In this document: positions 47,182 through 55,837 of the stretch, piece by piece
Layout: each line of letters starts with the position of its first letter
How positions within the stretch are numbered: the first letter of the stretch is position 1
NCBI GenBank assembly: GCA_050251055.1
Contig: JBFWNL010000002.1
Location: 320,001-384,000, forward strand
Length of the DNA stretch: 64,000 nt
DNA from: Bacteriovoracia bacterium
GTDB lineage: Bacteria; Bdellovibrionota; UBA1018; JBFWNL01
Direction: 5' to 3'
Position numbers and translations under genes: made by a program
Notes under the pieces: model-generated
The model's input: only the letters and a program-made list of their open reading frames with translations
What the model was told of the DNA's origin: nothing
The model's database searches: none

Positions 47182-48465
47182 TTGCAGAACCCCCAAAATT
47201 GCCGAGCCTTAAGCATCCTGACCTCCCTGACCCTTCTAGTCGCCTTCACGAGTGGCTGCGGGAAAGGAAAGCCCGAGTTCACGTATGACCCAGTAACGCA
47301 GGGCTGCTACAACGCGAGCGGCAAACGAGGATTTAACAACGGGTACGTGGGTGAATGCGGTCGTCTAAAGGGAGACCGGTTTAAAGACGAAAAATTCTCC
47401 GGCCAGAGCTTCCGGGGTGCTTATCTTTATTCCGTATCTTTCAAGAATTCCGACCTATCGAACGCCGACTTCGAAGGCGCCACGCTCCGCCACAGCCAAT
47501 TCGAGAAATCGAACCTCACCGGCGTCAAGATGGCCAAGGCAGAGATCACGACCACGGATTTCCGTGATTCGGATTTGCGCGACGGCGATCTGCGCGGGCT
47601 CGACCTCGACTACTCATCGGTCGACTTGTCGGGAAGCCAGCTCAACACCGGAACCCGCATGCATGGCAACGTCAACCGCGCCGTCCAGCTCGGGGCATCC
47701 TTGCCAGGCCTGGAAAAAAAGGGGAACTGGCGTTTCGTGAACGAGCAAAGCCACCCGTACGCAATTGAGTTCTCCGAAGCGCTCACCGCGGCCGAACAAG
47801 CCTGGCTAGGCGCGGATTTCGAGCGCCTTCTCGGTCTTCGCCTTGATGCTAAAGACGTCGATGGAGCGGCAAAGTGGTACCCAAAAATTTTTGGCGGCAC
47901 CCAAGCTTCCGACGTGGTTCGCTACGTCACCGAGCGTACCCGCTATTTTCAAGCCCCCGGCAATGAGGGGGACAGCAATACCTTGGCCATGAATCCCACG
48001 ATCACGAACCTCAATCCTTCCGGAAAAGGGCCAACCAGCCCCTACGTTACCTACTTCAACGGTCGCCGGATTGAAGCGAAGCTCCCGCGCGAACTAGGCT
48101 TGATGGTCCTCGGCCCCGCTTATCTCAATCTTTACTACGGCCAAGTTCGCCGGATGGGCACGTTGGTGCACGAACCCCGGCATTCCGACTGCCCGGCTTG
48201 GGAGGCAGACAACTGCGGTCACTTCCACGTCAAATGCCCCGCCGACCACAACCTACGTGGAGAATACGCCTGCGATGGCCGGCCCTGGGGTCCTTATTCC
48301 GTCGCCGGGGTCTTCCTCGCCGCGGTTTCGCTCGGCTGCCAAAACTGCAGCGAGCGCGAGATCCAGCACGCGATCGTGGAGTCACAAGAATCGCTGAGCC
48401 GCGTGCTCGTCCTAGACGAGATGCTAGACGGAAAACTGGGCGACCCCGACATGAGGAGCTTGTAA
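47182..48465 (+). CDS. Lipoprotein with pentapeptide repeats and a C-terminal HExxH, Cys-rich domain
   Basis: Lipobox TSG-C; SDLSNADFEGATLRH-type repeats; LVHEPRHSDC. Confidence 0.75.
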   Translation: MQNPQNCRALSILTSLTLLVAFTSGCGKGKPEFTYDPVTQGCYNASGKRGFNNGYVGECGRLKGDRFKDEKFSGQSFRGAYLYSVSFKNSDLSNADFEGATLRHSQFEKSNLTGVKMAKAEITTTDFRDSDLRDGDLRGLDLDYSSVDLSGSQLNTGTRMHGNVNRAVQLGASLPGLEKKGNWRFVNEQSHPYAIEFSEALTAAEQAWLGADFERLLGLRLDAKDVDGAAKWYPKIFGGTQASDVVRYVTERTRYFQAPGNEGDSNTLAMNPTITNLNPSGKGPTSPYVTYFNGRRIEAKLPRELGLMVLGPAYLNLYYGQVRRMGTLVHEPRHSDCPAWEADNCGHFHVKCPADHNLRGEYACDGRPWGPYSVAGVFLAAVSLGCQNCSEREIQHAIVESQESLSRVLVLDEMLDGKLGDPDMRSL

Positions 48466-48467
48466 AC

Positions 48468-49091
48468 ATGTCTGCCCGTAAACTCATCGCTTTCTTAGTG
48501 CCCGTGATCACCGCGGCGGTAATCTGGAAACTGCTGACCCCGGAACCATCGACGCCAGACCCCGCCGAGTCCCAACCAAGCGAAGAGTCCCTGGCTCAGT
48601 CCGATACTGGCTCGAAAGAAGCTCCTCTCCCCTTAGCGTCGCCAGCCTATCCGAACCCCGGCGCGTCCCTCGGGATGCCCACCTCCTCGCCCACGAGCCC
48701 CGCTCCGGTGGTCACCCTACAGCTCCCGAAACCGGAGAAAGTTGCCGCCGAACAACGCGCCGATGCCCACGCCACGCCACCGTCCCTCCACGAATTCGCC
48801 GAACAGATGGCCGAGCATATGGAAAAAGCCAAGGCGTCGCCCGAGTACGCCCAAGCGCTGTTTCCCAAGCTTCGCGAATGCGCTTTGGACGAAGACAGCC
48901 CGCTGCGCTCCGTGCAGTCCACCTGCACCGTGAACGCCGCACGCTTAGCCCGTCAATACCCTGACAAGTTTGACGACGAATTCCAAGAAATGGCTAAAAA
49001 ACTCAACATCAAGATTAAAAGCCTGGTTCGCGCCTCGGGTTTTGCGCCAAAGGACGGCAAGCAGCCGCCGAACTCCCCGCCCGAGAAATAA
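48468..49091 (+). CDS. Membrane-anchored hypothetical protein
   Basis: GAGGAG SD before ATG 48468; N-terminal TM then Pro/Ser linker. Confidence 0.7.
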   Translation: MSARKLIAFLVPVITAAVIWKLLTPEPSTPDPAESQPSEESLAQSDTGSKEAPLPLASPAYPNPGASLGMPTSSPTSPAPVVTLQLPKPEKVAAEQRADAHATPPSLHEFAEQMAEHMEKAKASPEYAQALFPKLRECALDEDSPLRSVQSTCTVNAARLARQYPDKFDDEFQEMAKKLNIKIKSLVRASGFAPKDGKQPPNSPPEK

Positions 49092-49163
49092 AGCTCCCCG
49101 ACACCGCCAAAGTTTTGCCGCGTTAGGTACCGCGCGGCATCTGCCGATAAATCATTCAGGAAC

Positions 49164-50189
49164 ATGCGGATTTCACGGGAAGTTTGGAAATTTACGATCC
49201 TCTTCGGCGCGCTCTTCGGCGGTGGTGCGCTCGCGTGGTCCTATCTCGGGCTGGCCACACTCCAAGCCGACACATATCGTTCCGCCGCCCAAGGCACCCA
49301 AGATTCCGCGCGCCAACTGGCCGCGCACGTCGGAAATTGGTTTAAAGTGTTCGAGCGCGACGTGCAGTTTCGTTTCTCCGCTTATCCGGACAACCTGCGC
49401 GACGCTGAACGCCGCCGCGGCGAAGCCGGCGAGAAACACCTGCGCGAATACCTCGAGCGCCAGGTTCGCAAGCTCGCCAAAGACTACCCCGAACTCGTGA
49501 CGATCACGGCGTTCCGAGATGAAAAACTCGTCGGGCGCTTTATCCTCGATGAGAATCAGACGGACGCCGCCAATTTGGCGCTCGCCGATCTGAAGCACCC
49601 CTTCGACTTCGAGCCCATTCGCCGAGAAGGCCCTTCCGTGACGTTCGGCCGCATCGACACGCGCCAAGCGACGGCCCGCGTGCTGATCACAATCGATAAA
49701 AAATATGCGTTAGGCTTCGACCTAGGAATCGGTTTTTTCAAACGAGTTTTGCCGGACAGTCAGCAGACCGTTCACTTCGTCACCGACGCCCATGGCCGGT
49801 TGCTATTTCGCACGAGCGGCAGTCGCTTCGGTGAGGGAGAGGACCTGTCTCATCTTCCGGTCGTGCAAAGGGCGTTGGAAGAAAACGTCGATGCCGCCCC
49901 CGTGGTTTACCGTGAGCTTCCAGGAGAACCCTATCAGATCGGCGCTTTCCATCCCGTGGGCTACGCCCGGGCGCAGGCGTTTGCGCAGTCGCCCGATCCA
50001 CGGGGTGAGCAGGGCTTCTTGGATTTCATTGGCCTAGCCGCACGCGCGCACCCTTGGATGACATTACTGATCGTTCTTTTACCGATCGCGATTTTTTGGA
50101 GCATGCTCGCTTCTCGTCTCGTGTCCGTAACGAACGCGGAAAATGTTGCGTCGGTTACTCGTGATGAGCACGATCAGCACGCGGCGTAA
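49164..50189 (+). CDS. Cache-like sensor membrane protein with no cytoplasmic output domain
   Basis: Two TMs flanking a domain with FVTDAHGRLLF..GEDLSHLPVVQRAL. Confidence 0.6.
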   Translation: MRISREVWKFTILFGALFGGGALAWSYLGLATLQADTYRSAAQGTQDSARQLAAHVGNWFKVFERDVQFRFSAYPDNLRDAERRRGEAGEKHLREYLERQVRKLAKDYPELVTITAFRDEKLVGRFILDENQTDAANLALADLKHPFDFEPIRREGPSVTFGRIDTRQATARVLITIDKKYALGFDLGIGFFKRVLPDSQQTVHFVTDAHGRLLFRTSGSRFGEGEDLSHLPVVQRALEENVDAAPVVYRELPGEPYQIGAFHPVGYARAQAFAQSPDPRGEQGFLDFIGLAARAHPWMTLLIVLLPIAIFWSMLASRLVSVTNAENVASVTRDEHDQHAA

Positions 50190-50199
50190 GGGTTGGCCT

Positions 50200-50289
50200 T
50201 CACTCCAAAATAAAGAGCAGCATAAAGAGGGCGAACACCATAAAGACAATGATCGCGGATAGCGCAAATTGTCGAATCACCTTCTGCAT
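50200..50289 (-). CDS. Candidate 29-aa single-TM microprotein (MQKVIRQFALSAIIVFMVFALFMLLFILE)
   Basis: ATG 50289 to TGA 50200; basic N-terminus then a hydrophobic helix; sigma-54-like promoter upstream; below the ORF-track length cutoff. Confidence 0.55.
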   Translation of the reverse strand: MQKVIRQFALSAIIVFMVFALFMLLFILE

Positions 50290-50321
50290 GACCTGGGGCC
50301 CCCGGCTTTGCCGGAAAAAAG

Positions 50322-50337
50322 AGCAAGGTTTAGGCCA
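50322..50337 (-). promoter_or_regulatory. Putative sigma-54 (-24/-12) promoter
   Basis: TGGCCTAAACCTTGCT with exact GG-N10-GC spacing. Confidence 0.55.
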
Positions 50338-50488
50338 TTTTTTTGCGACCCTGGGACTGGAAAACTAGCTTGAATTCCAATTCTTAACGCACCGCAATCT
50401 TCTTGGTCCCGAAACGAACCCGCGTCATAGAGGAGCCAAAACGGCAAGCGGTGCCTGTTTGAACCCGAAAGGGGGCGGATCGCGGAGG

Positions 50489-52627
50489 TTAGAGACCTAA
50501 GGAAAGCTGCTTGAGCTGGCGAATTCGATCACGCAGGAGCGCCGCGTTCTCGAATTGCATCTGCTCGGCGGCCTTGCGCATCGCCTTTTCCATCTTTGCC
50601 ACCGACTGCGGAACGTGGTGCATGTCGGTGAAGTATTCGCCGGCGAGCTCCCGAATGCGTTCGATCTTTTCGGCGCCGTCCATAAAATCCAGGTTTGCCT
50701 CGGCCGCGCGCCACACGCTCTGGCCGTGACCGGAACCCGCGCCCGTTCGCAGCGCACGCTTCGTCTGCGCCGCACGGTCCCTCCACTTCGACTCCAGCTC
50801 GGCATCGCTGTCCTCGCCCGTGGAAATAGGCGCGTGAATCGCCTTGCGGATCGTCTGCGGGGTAATGCCATGTTTTTGGTTGTGCTCTTCTTGAATCTTT
50901 CGGCGGCGCGCGGTTTCATCCAGCGCAATGCGCATGCTATCGGTGGTCTTATCGGCGTATAAGAGAACAAACCCGTCCGCGTTTCGCGCGGCGCGGCCGA
51001 TGGTTTGAATGAGGGACCGCGAGCTGCGCAGGAAGCCCTCCTTGTCCGCATCCAAAATCGCCACGAGCGAAACTTCCGGCAAATCCAGGCCCTCGCGCAG
51101 CAAGTTGATCCCCACCAGCACGTCGAAGGTGCCCAGGCGCAGGTCCCGTAGAATCTCGATGCGCTCGAGTGTATCAATGTCCGAGTGCAGGTATTTTACC
51201 TTGATTCCCTGCTCCTGGTAAAAACGCGTGAGTTCCTCGGCCAAACGTTTAGTGAGCGTCGTGACCAGCACCCGCTCTTTGCGTTCCACCCGCTTTCGGA
51301 TTTCGCCCAAGAGATTGTCCACCTGGGTCTGGGCGGAGCGGACTTCCACCAGGGGATCCAGCAAGCCCGTCGGACGGATTACCTGCTCGACGATCTCGCC
51401 TTGGGTTTTTCCCAGCTCGTACTCACCGGGGGTCGCGGAGACAAAAACCGCCTGATGGACTATCTTCTCCCACTCCTCGAAATTGAGCGGTCGGTTATCC
51501 AGCGCTGACGGCAGCCGGAAACCGTGCTCCACTAGGCTCATCTTACGTGCACGATCCCCGCGGTACATCCCCCCGATCTGGGGCACGGTCACGTGGCTTT
51601 CATCGACGACGAGCAGCCAATCTTTCGGAAAGTATTCCAGCAGAGTCGGCGGTGGGTCGCCGGGCCGGCGGCCCGTAAGGTGCCGGGAATAGTTCTCGAC
51701 GCCTTGGCAGTAACCCAGCTCGGAAAGCATCTCGAGATCATACAGCGTACGCTGGGAGAGTCGCTGGGCCTCGAGCGGTTTTTGCAGCTGCTGATACTCG
51801 TCCAAACGCCCCCGCAATTCCTCGCGGATACTCTCGATGGCACGTCGGCGATTTTCAACCGTCGTCACGTAGTGGCTGCCCGGATAAATCGTCACGCGGG
51901 GAAGCTTAGTGAGGCGAACTCCGCGCAGGGGATCCACTTCGGAGATTGCTTCGATCTCGTCGCCGAAGAATTCCACTCGGATGGCGCGCTCTTCCTCATA
52001 GGCGGGATAGATCTCCACCACCTCGCCGCGTACGCGGAACGTCCCACGGTGAAAGTCCACGTCGTTGCGCTCGTACTGAATTTCCACAAGTTTGCGCAGT
52101 ACGTCCTGGCGTTTCATCTCCTTGCCCACCTCCAGGTACAGGATCAAGCCTTCGTACGCCTCTGGCGATCCCAGACCATAGATGCAAGAGATAGAGGAGA
52201 CGATGATCACGTCGTTGCGCTCGAGCAGGGAACGGGTGGCGGAATGGCGGAGCTTGTCGATCTCCTCGTTGATCTGCGAATCTTTCTCGATGTAGGTGTC
52301 CGTGCTCGGAATATAGGCTTCCGGCTGGTAGTAGTCATAATAACTCACAAAATACTCGACGGCGTTCTCGGGAAAAAACTCCCGAAACTCGGAGAAGAGT
52401 TGCGCGGCGAGTGTCTTGTTATGGCAAAGCACGAGTGTGGGTTTGTTCAGCTTGGCGATAACGTTGGCCATGGTGAACGTCTTGCCGGAGCCGGTTACCC
52501 CAAGCAGAACCTGAGAGCGCTTGCCGTCTTCCAGATTACGCGCCAAAATATCGATGGCCTGGGGCTGATCTCCCGTGGGCTGGAATGGCGTCTTCAATGC
52601 GAACTTGCGGTCCGTAAAAAGGGGCAT
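50489..52627 (-). CDS. uvrB: Excinuclease ABC subunit B
   Basis: [43 protein letters not shown]-terminal UVR domain. Confidence 0.98.
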   Translation of the reverse strand: MPLFTDRKFALKTPFQPTGDQPQAIDILARNLEDGKRSQVLLGVTGSGKTFTMANVIAKLNKPTLVLCHNKTLAAQLFSEFREFFPENAVEYFVSYYDYYQPEAYIPSTDTYIEKDSQINEEIDKLRHSATRSLLERNDVIIVSSISCIYGLGSPEAYEGLILYLEVGKEMKRQDVLRKLVEIQYERNDVDFHRGTFRVRGEVVEIYPAYEEERAIRVEFFGDEIEAISEVDPLRGVRLTKLPRVTIYPGSHYVTTVENRRRAIESIREELRGRLDEYQQLQKPLEAQRLSQRTLYDLEMLSELGYCQGVENYSRHLTGRRPGDPPPTLLEYFPKDWLLVVDESHVTVPQIGGMYRGDRARKMSLVEHGFRLPSALDNRPLNFEEWEKIVHQAVFVSATPGEYELGKTQGEIVEQVIRPTGLLDPLVEVRSAQTQVDNLLGEIRKRVERKERVLVTTLTKRLAEELTRFYQEQGIKVKYLHSDIDTLERIEILRDLRLGTFDVLVGINLLREGLDLPEVSLVAILDADKEGFLRSSRSLIQTIGRAARNADGFVLLYADKTTDSMRIALDETARRRKIQEEHNQKHGITPQTIRKAIHAPISTGEDSDAELESKWRDRAAQTKRALRTGAGSGHGQSVWRAAEANLDFMDGAEKIERIRELAGEYFTDMHHVPQSVAKMEKAMRKAAEQMQFENAALLRDRIRQLKQLSLGL

Positions 52628-52662
52628 GGCTAACGTTTGAGGTTATCATATATAAGGGGACA

Positions 52663-54153
52663 ATGACAGGCTGGCCCATCCTAAATTCGCTCGAGCTTGC
52701 GGAGTTTTGCCGACTCGCGCAGCCCCTGCTCCGCGGGCGCCGCATCGACAAGGTCTTCATTCCCCGCCGAAACACCCAGGTTAACGGCTATTTAAAGGAC
52801 GAATGGGCGTTACTGGCCGGTTCGCAAGGGGGCGCGGTTACATTGATATTCTGCCTTCGGCCCCAACGCCCCTACCTCACGCTGAAGTCCGGAAATCCCT
52901 TAAAGGCCGCCGGAGCGGACGCGACCTGGTCGCAGTTCGGAACGGTACTCGCCAAATACATGGAAGGCGCCCAAATCGATCGCATCGAAACGGTACCGGG
53001 AGAACGCGTGCTCCTCCTCTACTTCCACACCGAGGGCTCCGCGTCGTTCTGCCTGGCGCTCACCTTGATTCCCGCCCGCCCCGAAGCTCGGTTGCTTCAA
53101 GGGCGAGACGGCGCCTGGCACACCCTCACGAGTTCGCGCGTGGCCGATGCCTCCCAACATGTAGAAGCGTGGTCACTTCCCCCGTCTCGCTCGGTTCCGC
53201 CCGAGTTCAAGGTGCGCCCCGAATACCTGCATGACCTCGCCACGCTCGATCACGTCATCGAGTCTCGGCTGGCGCAGGAGGGATTCTCCTTACGGCAGGC
53301 CCGGCTCCAAGCCAAGTGGACAGGAGCATTGAAGCTCGCGCGGAAAGTGGAGAAGCAAAACCGAGAGACGCTAGCGCATGCGGAGGGAGAACCCGACTGG
53401 CAGAAATTCGGAGATCTCTTCAAGACCGCGATGCACGCGCTACCGCCGCCGGAAAAAAGCCGCGACGGAAAATTCGTGCGCAGGCTACTCGATTATACTG
53501 TCGAACCCGCCGCCGAAGCCCAAGTCCCGTGCGACCCCCAACTGGCGCCCAAAGCGCAGCTCGAGAAATATTACGCACTCGCCAAGCGCAAAACCAAAAG
53601 ACTCGAGGAATCCCGGGTCCGCCTGGAAGATGCGCGCGCGGACGCCGCTCGTGCGCAAGCCAAGCTCGAGACGATCGCTTCGGCCAACGACATGGCGACG
53701 CTCGACGCGATTGAAGGTCACTTAGGGACGTCCACCGGCCGCGGTGCCATCCCCGGCCGGTCCGTCGCGGCCAAATGGAAAGGGAAGCAATTCGTCTCGG
53801 AAGACGGCTGGGCGATCCTCGCCGGGCGCAACCTCAAAGAAAACCAGGAACTCACGTTCAAAATCGCGCGTGGCAACGACTGGTGGCTGCACGTCCGTGG
53901 AAAGCCAGGCGCGCATGTCGTGGTACCCGGGGAGGCCGGAAAAAGCGTTCCGCTCTCCACCCTGCTCGACGCCGCCGAAGTGGCGATCCATTACAGCGGC
54001 GGCAAGGACTGGGGCAAGACCGAGGTCGATTACGTTCTGCGCAAGCACGTCAAGCGCATCAAAAACTCCTCCGAGGTCAGTTACCGCGGGGAAAAAACCC
54101 TGCTGATTTCGCCCGACCCTCTGCGCCGGCAGCGCCTGCTGGGCGGGGAATAG
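52663..54153 (+). CDS. NFACT-family protein (RqcH/Rqc2/FbpA homolog)
   Basis: GERVLLL; coiled coil EKYYALAKR; NFACT-R ILAGRNLKENQELTFKIARGNDWWLHVRGKPGAHVV. Confidence 0.85.
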   Translation: MTGWPILNSLELAEFCRLAQPLLRGRRIDKVFIPRRNTQVNGYLKDEWALLAGSQGGAVTLIFCLRPQRPYLTLKSGNPLKAAGADATWSQFGTVLAKYMEGAQIDRIETVPGERVLLLYFHTEGSASFCLALTLIPARPEARLLQGRDGAWHTLTSSRVADASQHVEAWSLPPSRSVPPEFKVRPEYLHDLATLDHVIESRLAQEGFSLRQARLQAKWTGALKLARKVEKQNRETLAHAEGEPDWQKFGDLFKTAMHALPPPEKSRDGKFVRRLLDYTVEPAAEAQVPCDPQLAPKAQLEKYYALAKRKTKRLEESRVRLEDARADAARAQAKLETIASANDMATLDAIEGHLGTSTGRGAIPGRSVAAKWKGKQFVSEDGWAILAGRNLKENQELTFKIARGNDWWLHVRGKPGAHVVVPGEAGKSVPLSTLLDAAEVAIHYSGGKDWGKTEVDYVLRKHVKRIKNSSEVSYRGEKTLLISPDPLRRQRLLGGE

Positions 54154-55509
54154 TCATTTCACCAGTTTTTGGATGATGTACTCGAGCGCTTCCTGCTTGG
54201 AAGAAATCTTCTTCTCGAGCGCCAGGTCCTCGATCGTCTTTAGAATTTTTGCGAAGCCGGGACCGGGCTCTAGCCCTAGCTGGATCAGGTCCTTGCCGTC
54301 GACGAGCTGCACGGGAGACGCGACGTTTTCCACCTCCTGGAGCCGCTGCTGGCAGAATTCGAAGTAGGCGAGGTTACCGTCGGAAGCGAGCGCGTCCACG
54401 TGATGAAGCGCGAGCAGGCGGGGAAAAAGGGGCTCCTGAATCCAGCGCAAAAGCGTCGCTTCGCGCATGTGAAAAACCTCTTTGAACTTCAGGTGCTCCG
54501 AAATCATCCAGCAAACGGCTTCGATATCCACGAGCGACATCTTGAACCGCCGACACACGCTTTCGGCGATCTTCATGCCGTCGGCCTCGTGGCCGTTATA
54601 GTTCTTCAGCTGATTCCGGCGACCGGCCGCGGGCTTACCGCTGTCGTGCAAAAGCACCGCCCAGCGAAGCGCATAACCTTCCTGCGCCTTCGCGCCGGGT
54701 TTGATGGGATAATGTCGATTGAGGAGCTCGATCATCTTGAGCGTGCTCTGCCAAACGTCGCGCTTGGGATCCTGCACGCTCGGCTGGGGAATTCCCTTTA
54801 ACGCCTCGAACTCGGGAAAAACGTGGGCTAGGATTCCAGTTTCCGAAAGCAGGCGCAGGCCCACGTGCGCCATCGGATCGGCCAAGATGAGATTGAACTC
54901 GCCACGAATGCGCTCAGAGCTCACCTGCTTAATCAGGCGTGCCTTTTTCTTGAGCGCCTCCAAGGTCTTGAGTTCCAAGTCGAAGCGCAGCGAAATCGTG
55001 AAACGGATCGCACGCATGAGCCGGAGGGCATCCTCCTCGAACCGAACCTCGGGCACGCCAATGGCGCGGATACATCGCGCGCGCAGATCCTCGATGCCGT
55101 CCACGCTATCGAGCACCCGCATGGTTTTGGGATCATAGAAAAGCGCGTTCACGGTGAAGTCGCGGCGGCGGGCGTCCTCGAGGGGATTCGAGAAAACGAC
55201 GCTCTGGGGGTGGCGATGGTCCTTATACTCCTGATCCTCGCGAAAAGTCGTAATTTCTAGGACGTCGCCCGGGGCCCCCACCACGGGAATCTTGATCACC
55301 CCGAAAGCCTTACCGACGGTGATGGCGTTGGGGAAAAGCTCGCATACTCGGTCAGGATGCGCATCCGTCGCCAGATCGTGATCCTTAGGTTCCCGTTTCA
55401 GGAGAAAATCACGCACGCTCCCGCCCACGAGGTAAGCGACGAAGCCCGCCTCGTTAAGCTTCTGTACGGCGTCCTTTACGTACGGGGGAATCGCGAAAGT
55501 CGACTCAAT
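54154..55509 (-). CDS. cca: CCA tRNA nucleotidyltransferase with HD-like domain; start uncertain (ATT 55509 or GTG 55614)
   Basis: YLVGGSVRD, DHDLAT, EYKDHRHP loop, RRRDFTVNA, EDALRLMRAIRF, LLHDSGK. Confidence 0.85.
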   Translation of the reverse strand: MESTFAIPPYVKDAVQKLNEAGFVAYLVGGSVRDFLLKREPKDHDLATDAHPDRVCELFPNAITVGKAFGVIKIPVVGAPGDVLEITTFREDQEYKDHRHPQSVVFSNPLEDARRRDFTVNALFYDPKTMRVLDSVDGIEDLRARCIRAIGVPEVRFEEDALRLMRAIRFTISLRFDLELKTLEALKKKARLIKQVSSERIRGEFNLILADPMAHVGLRLLSETGILAHVFPEFEALKGIPQPSVQDPKRDVWQSTLKMIELLNRHYPIKPGAKAQEGYALRWAVLLHDSGKPAAGRRNQLKNYNGHEADGMKIAESVCRRFKMSLVDIEAVCWMISEHLKFKEVFHMREATLLRWIQEPLFPRLLALHHVDALASDGNLAYFEFCQQRLQEVENVASPVQLVDGKDLIQLGLEPGPGFAKILKTIEDLALEKKISSKQEALEYIIQKLVK

Positions 55510-55828
55510 CCGGATCCACTTCGAGCTGCTGGCCGTCGTAGATGTAGTCGCTTTTGATGACCGTGTCCGCTTCGAACCGGTTGCGCGCTTTCGTCCCTTC
55601 TGCTTGCTTTTCACGCCTTTGCCTGCCCTTTTTTACCCGAACCGTCCCACCCGGAGCCGCCGTCGTGGGCGCCTCCGCCGAGTGCTCCGCGGAATGCAGC
55701 GTCGCGGTATCGCCTTCCGTGAAGGCATCGGCGGTGTCGTCCCCGATGGCGGACGACGAGAGCGCCAGCCCCACCAGCCCCATCCAGATCACTAATCTTC
55801 GACCTAAGCTTCGAATGAAATACTCCAT
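55505..55828 (-). CDS. Small exported hypothetical protein
   Basis: Signal peptide, acidic then basic segments; lies between ftsK and cca on the same strand. Confidence 0.65.
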   Translation of the reverse strand: MEYFIRSLGRRLVIWMGLVGLALSSSAIGDDTADAFTEGDTATLHSAEHSAEAPTTAAPGGTVRVKKGRQRREKQAEGTKARNRFEADTVIKSDYIYDGQQLEVDPD

Positions 55829-55837
55829 CTCGGCGGA

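Noticed and set aside
51593-52633. 346-aa ORF antisense to uvrB (similar cases at 55946-57121 and 59609-60847)
   Set aside because: Antisense shadows of conserved, codon-biased genes.
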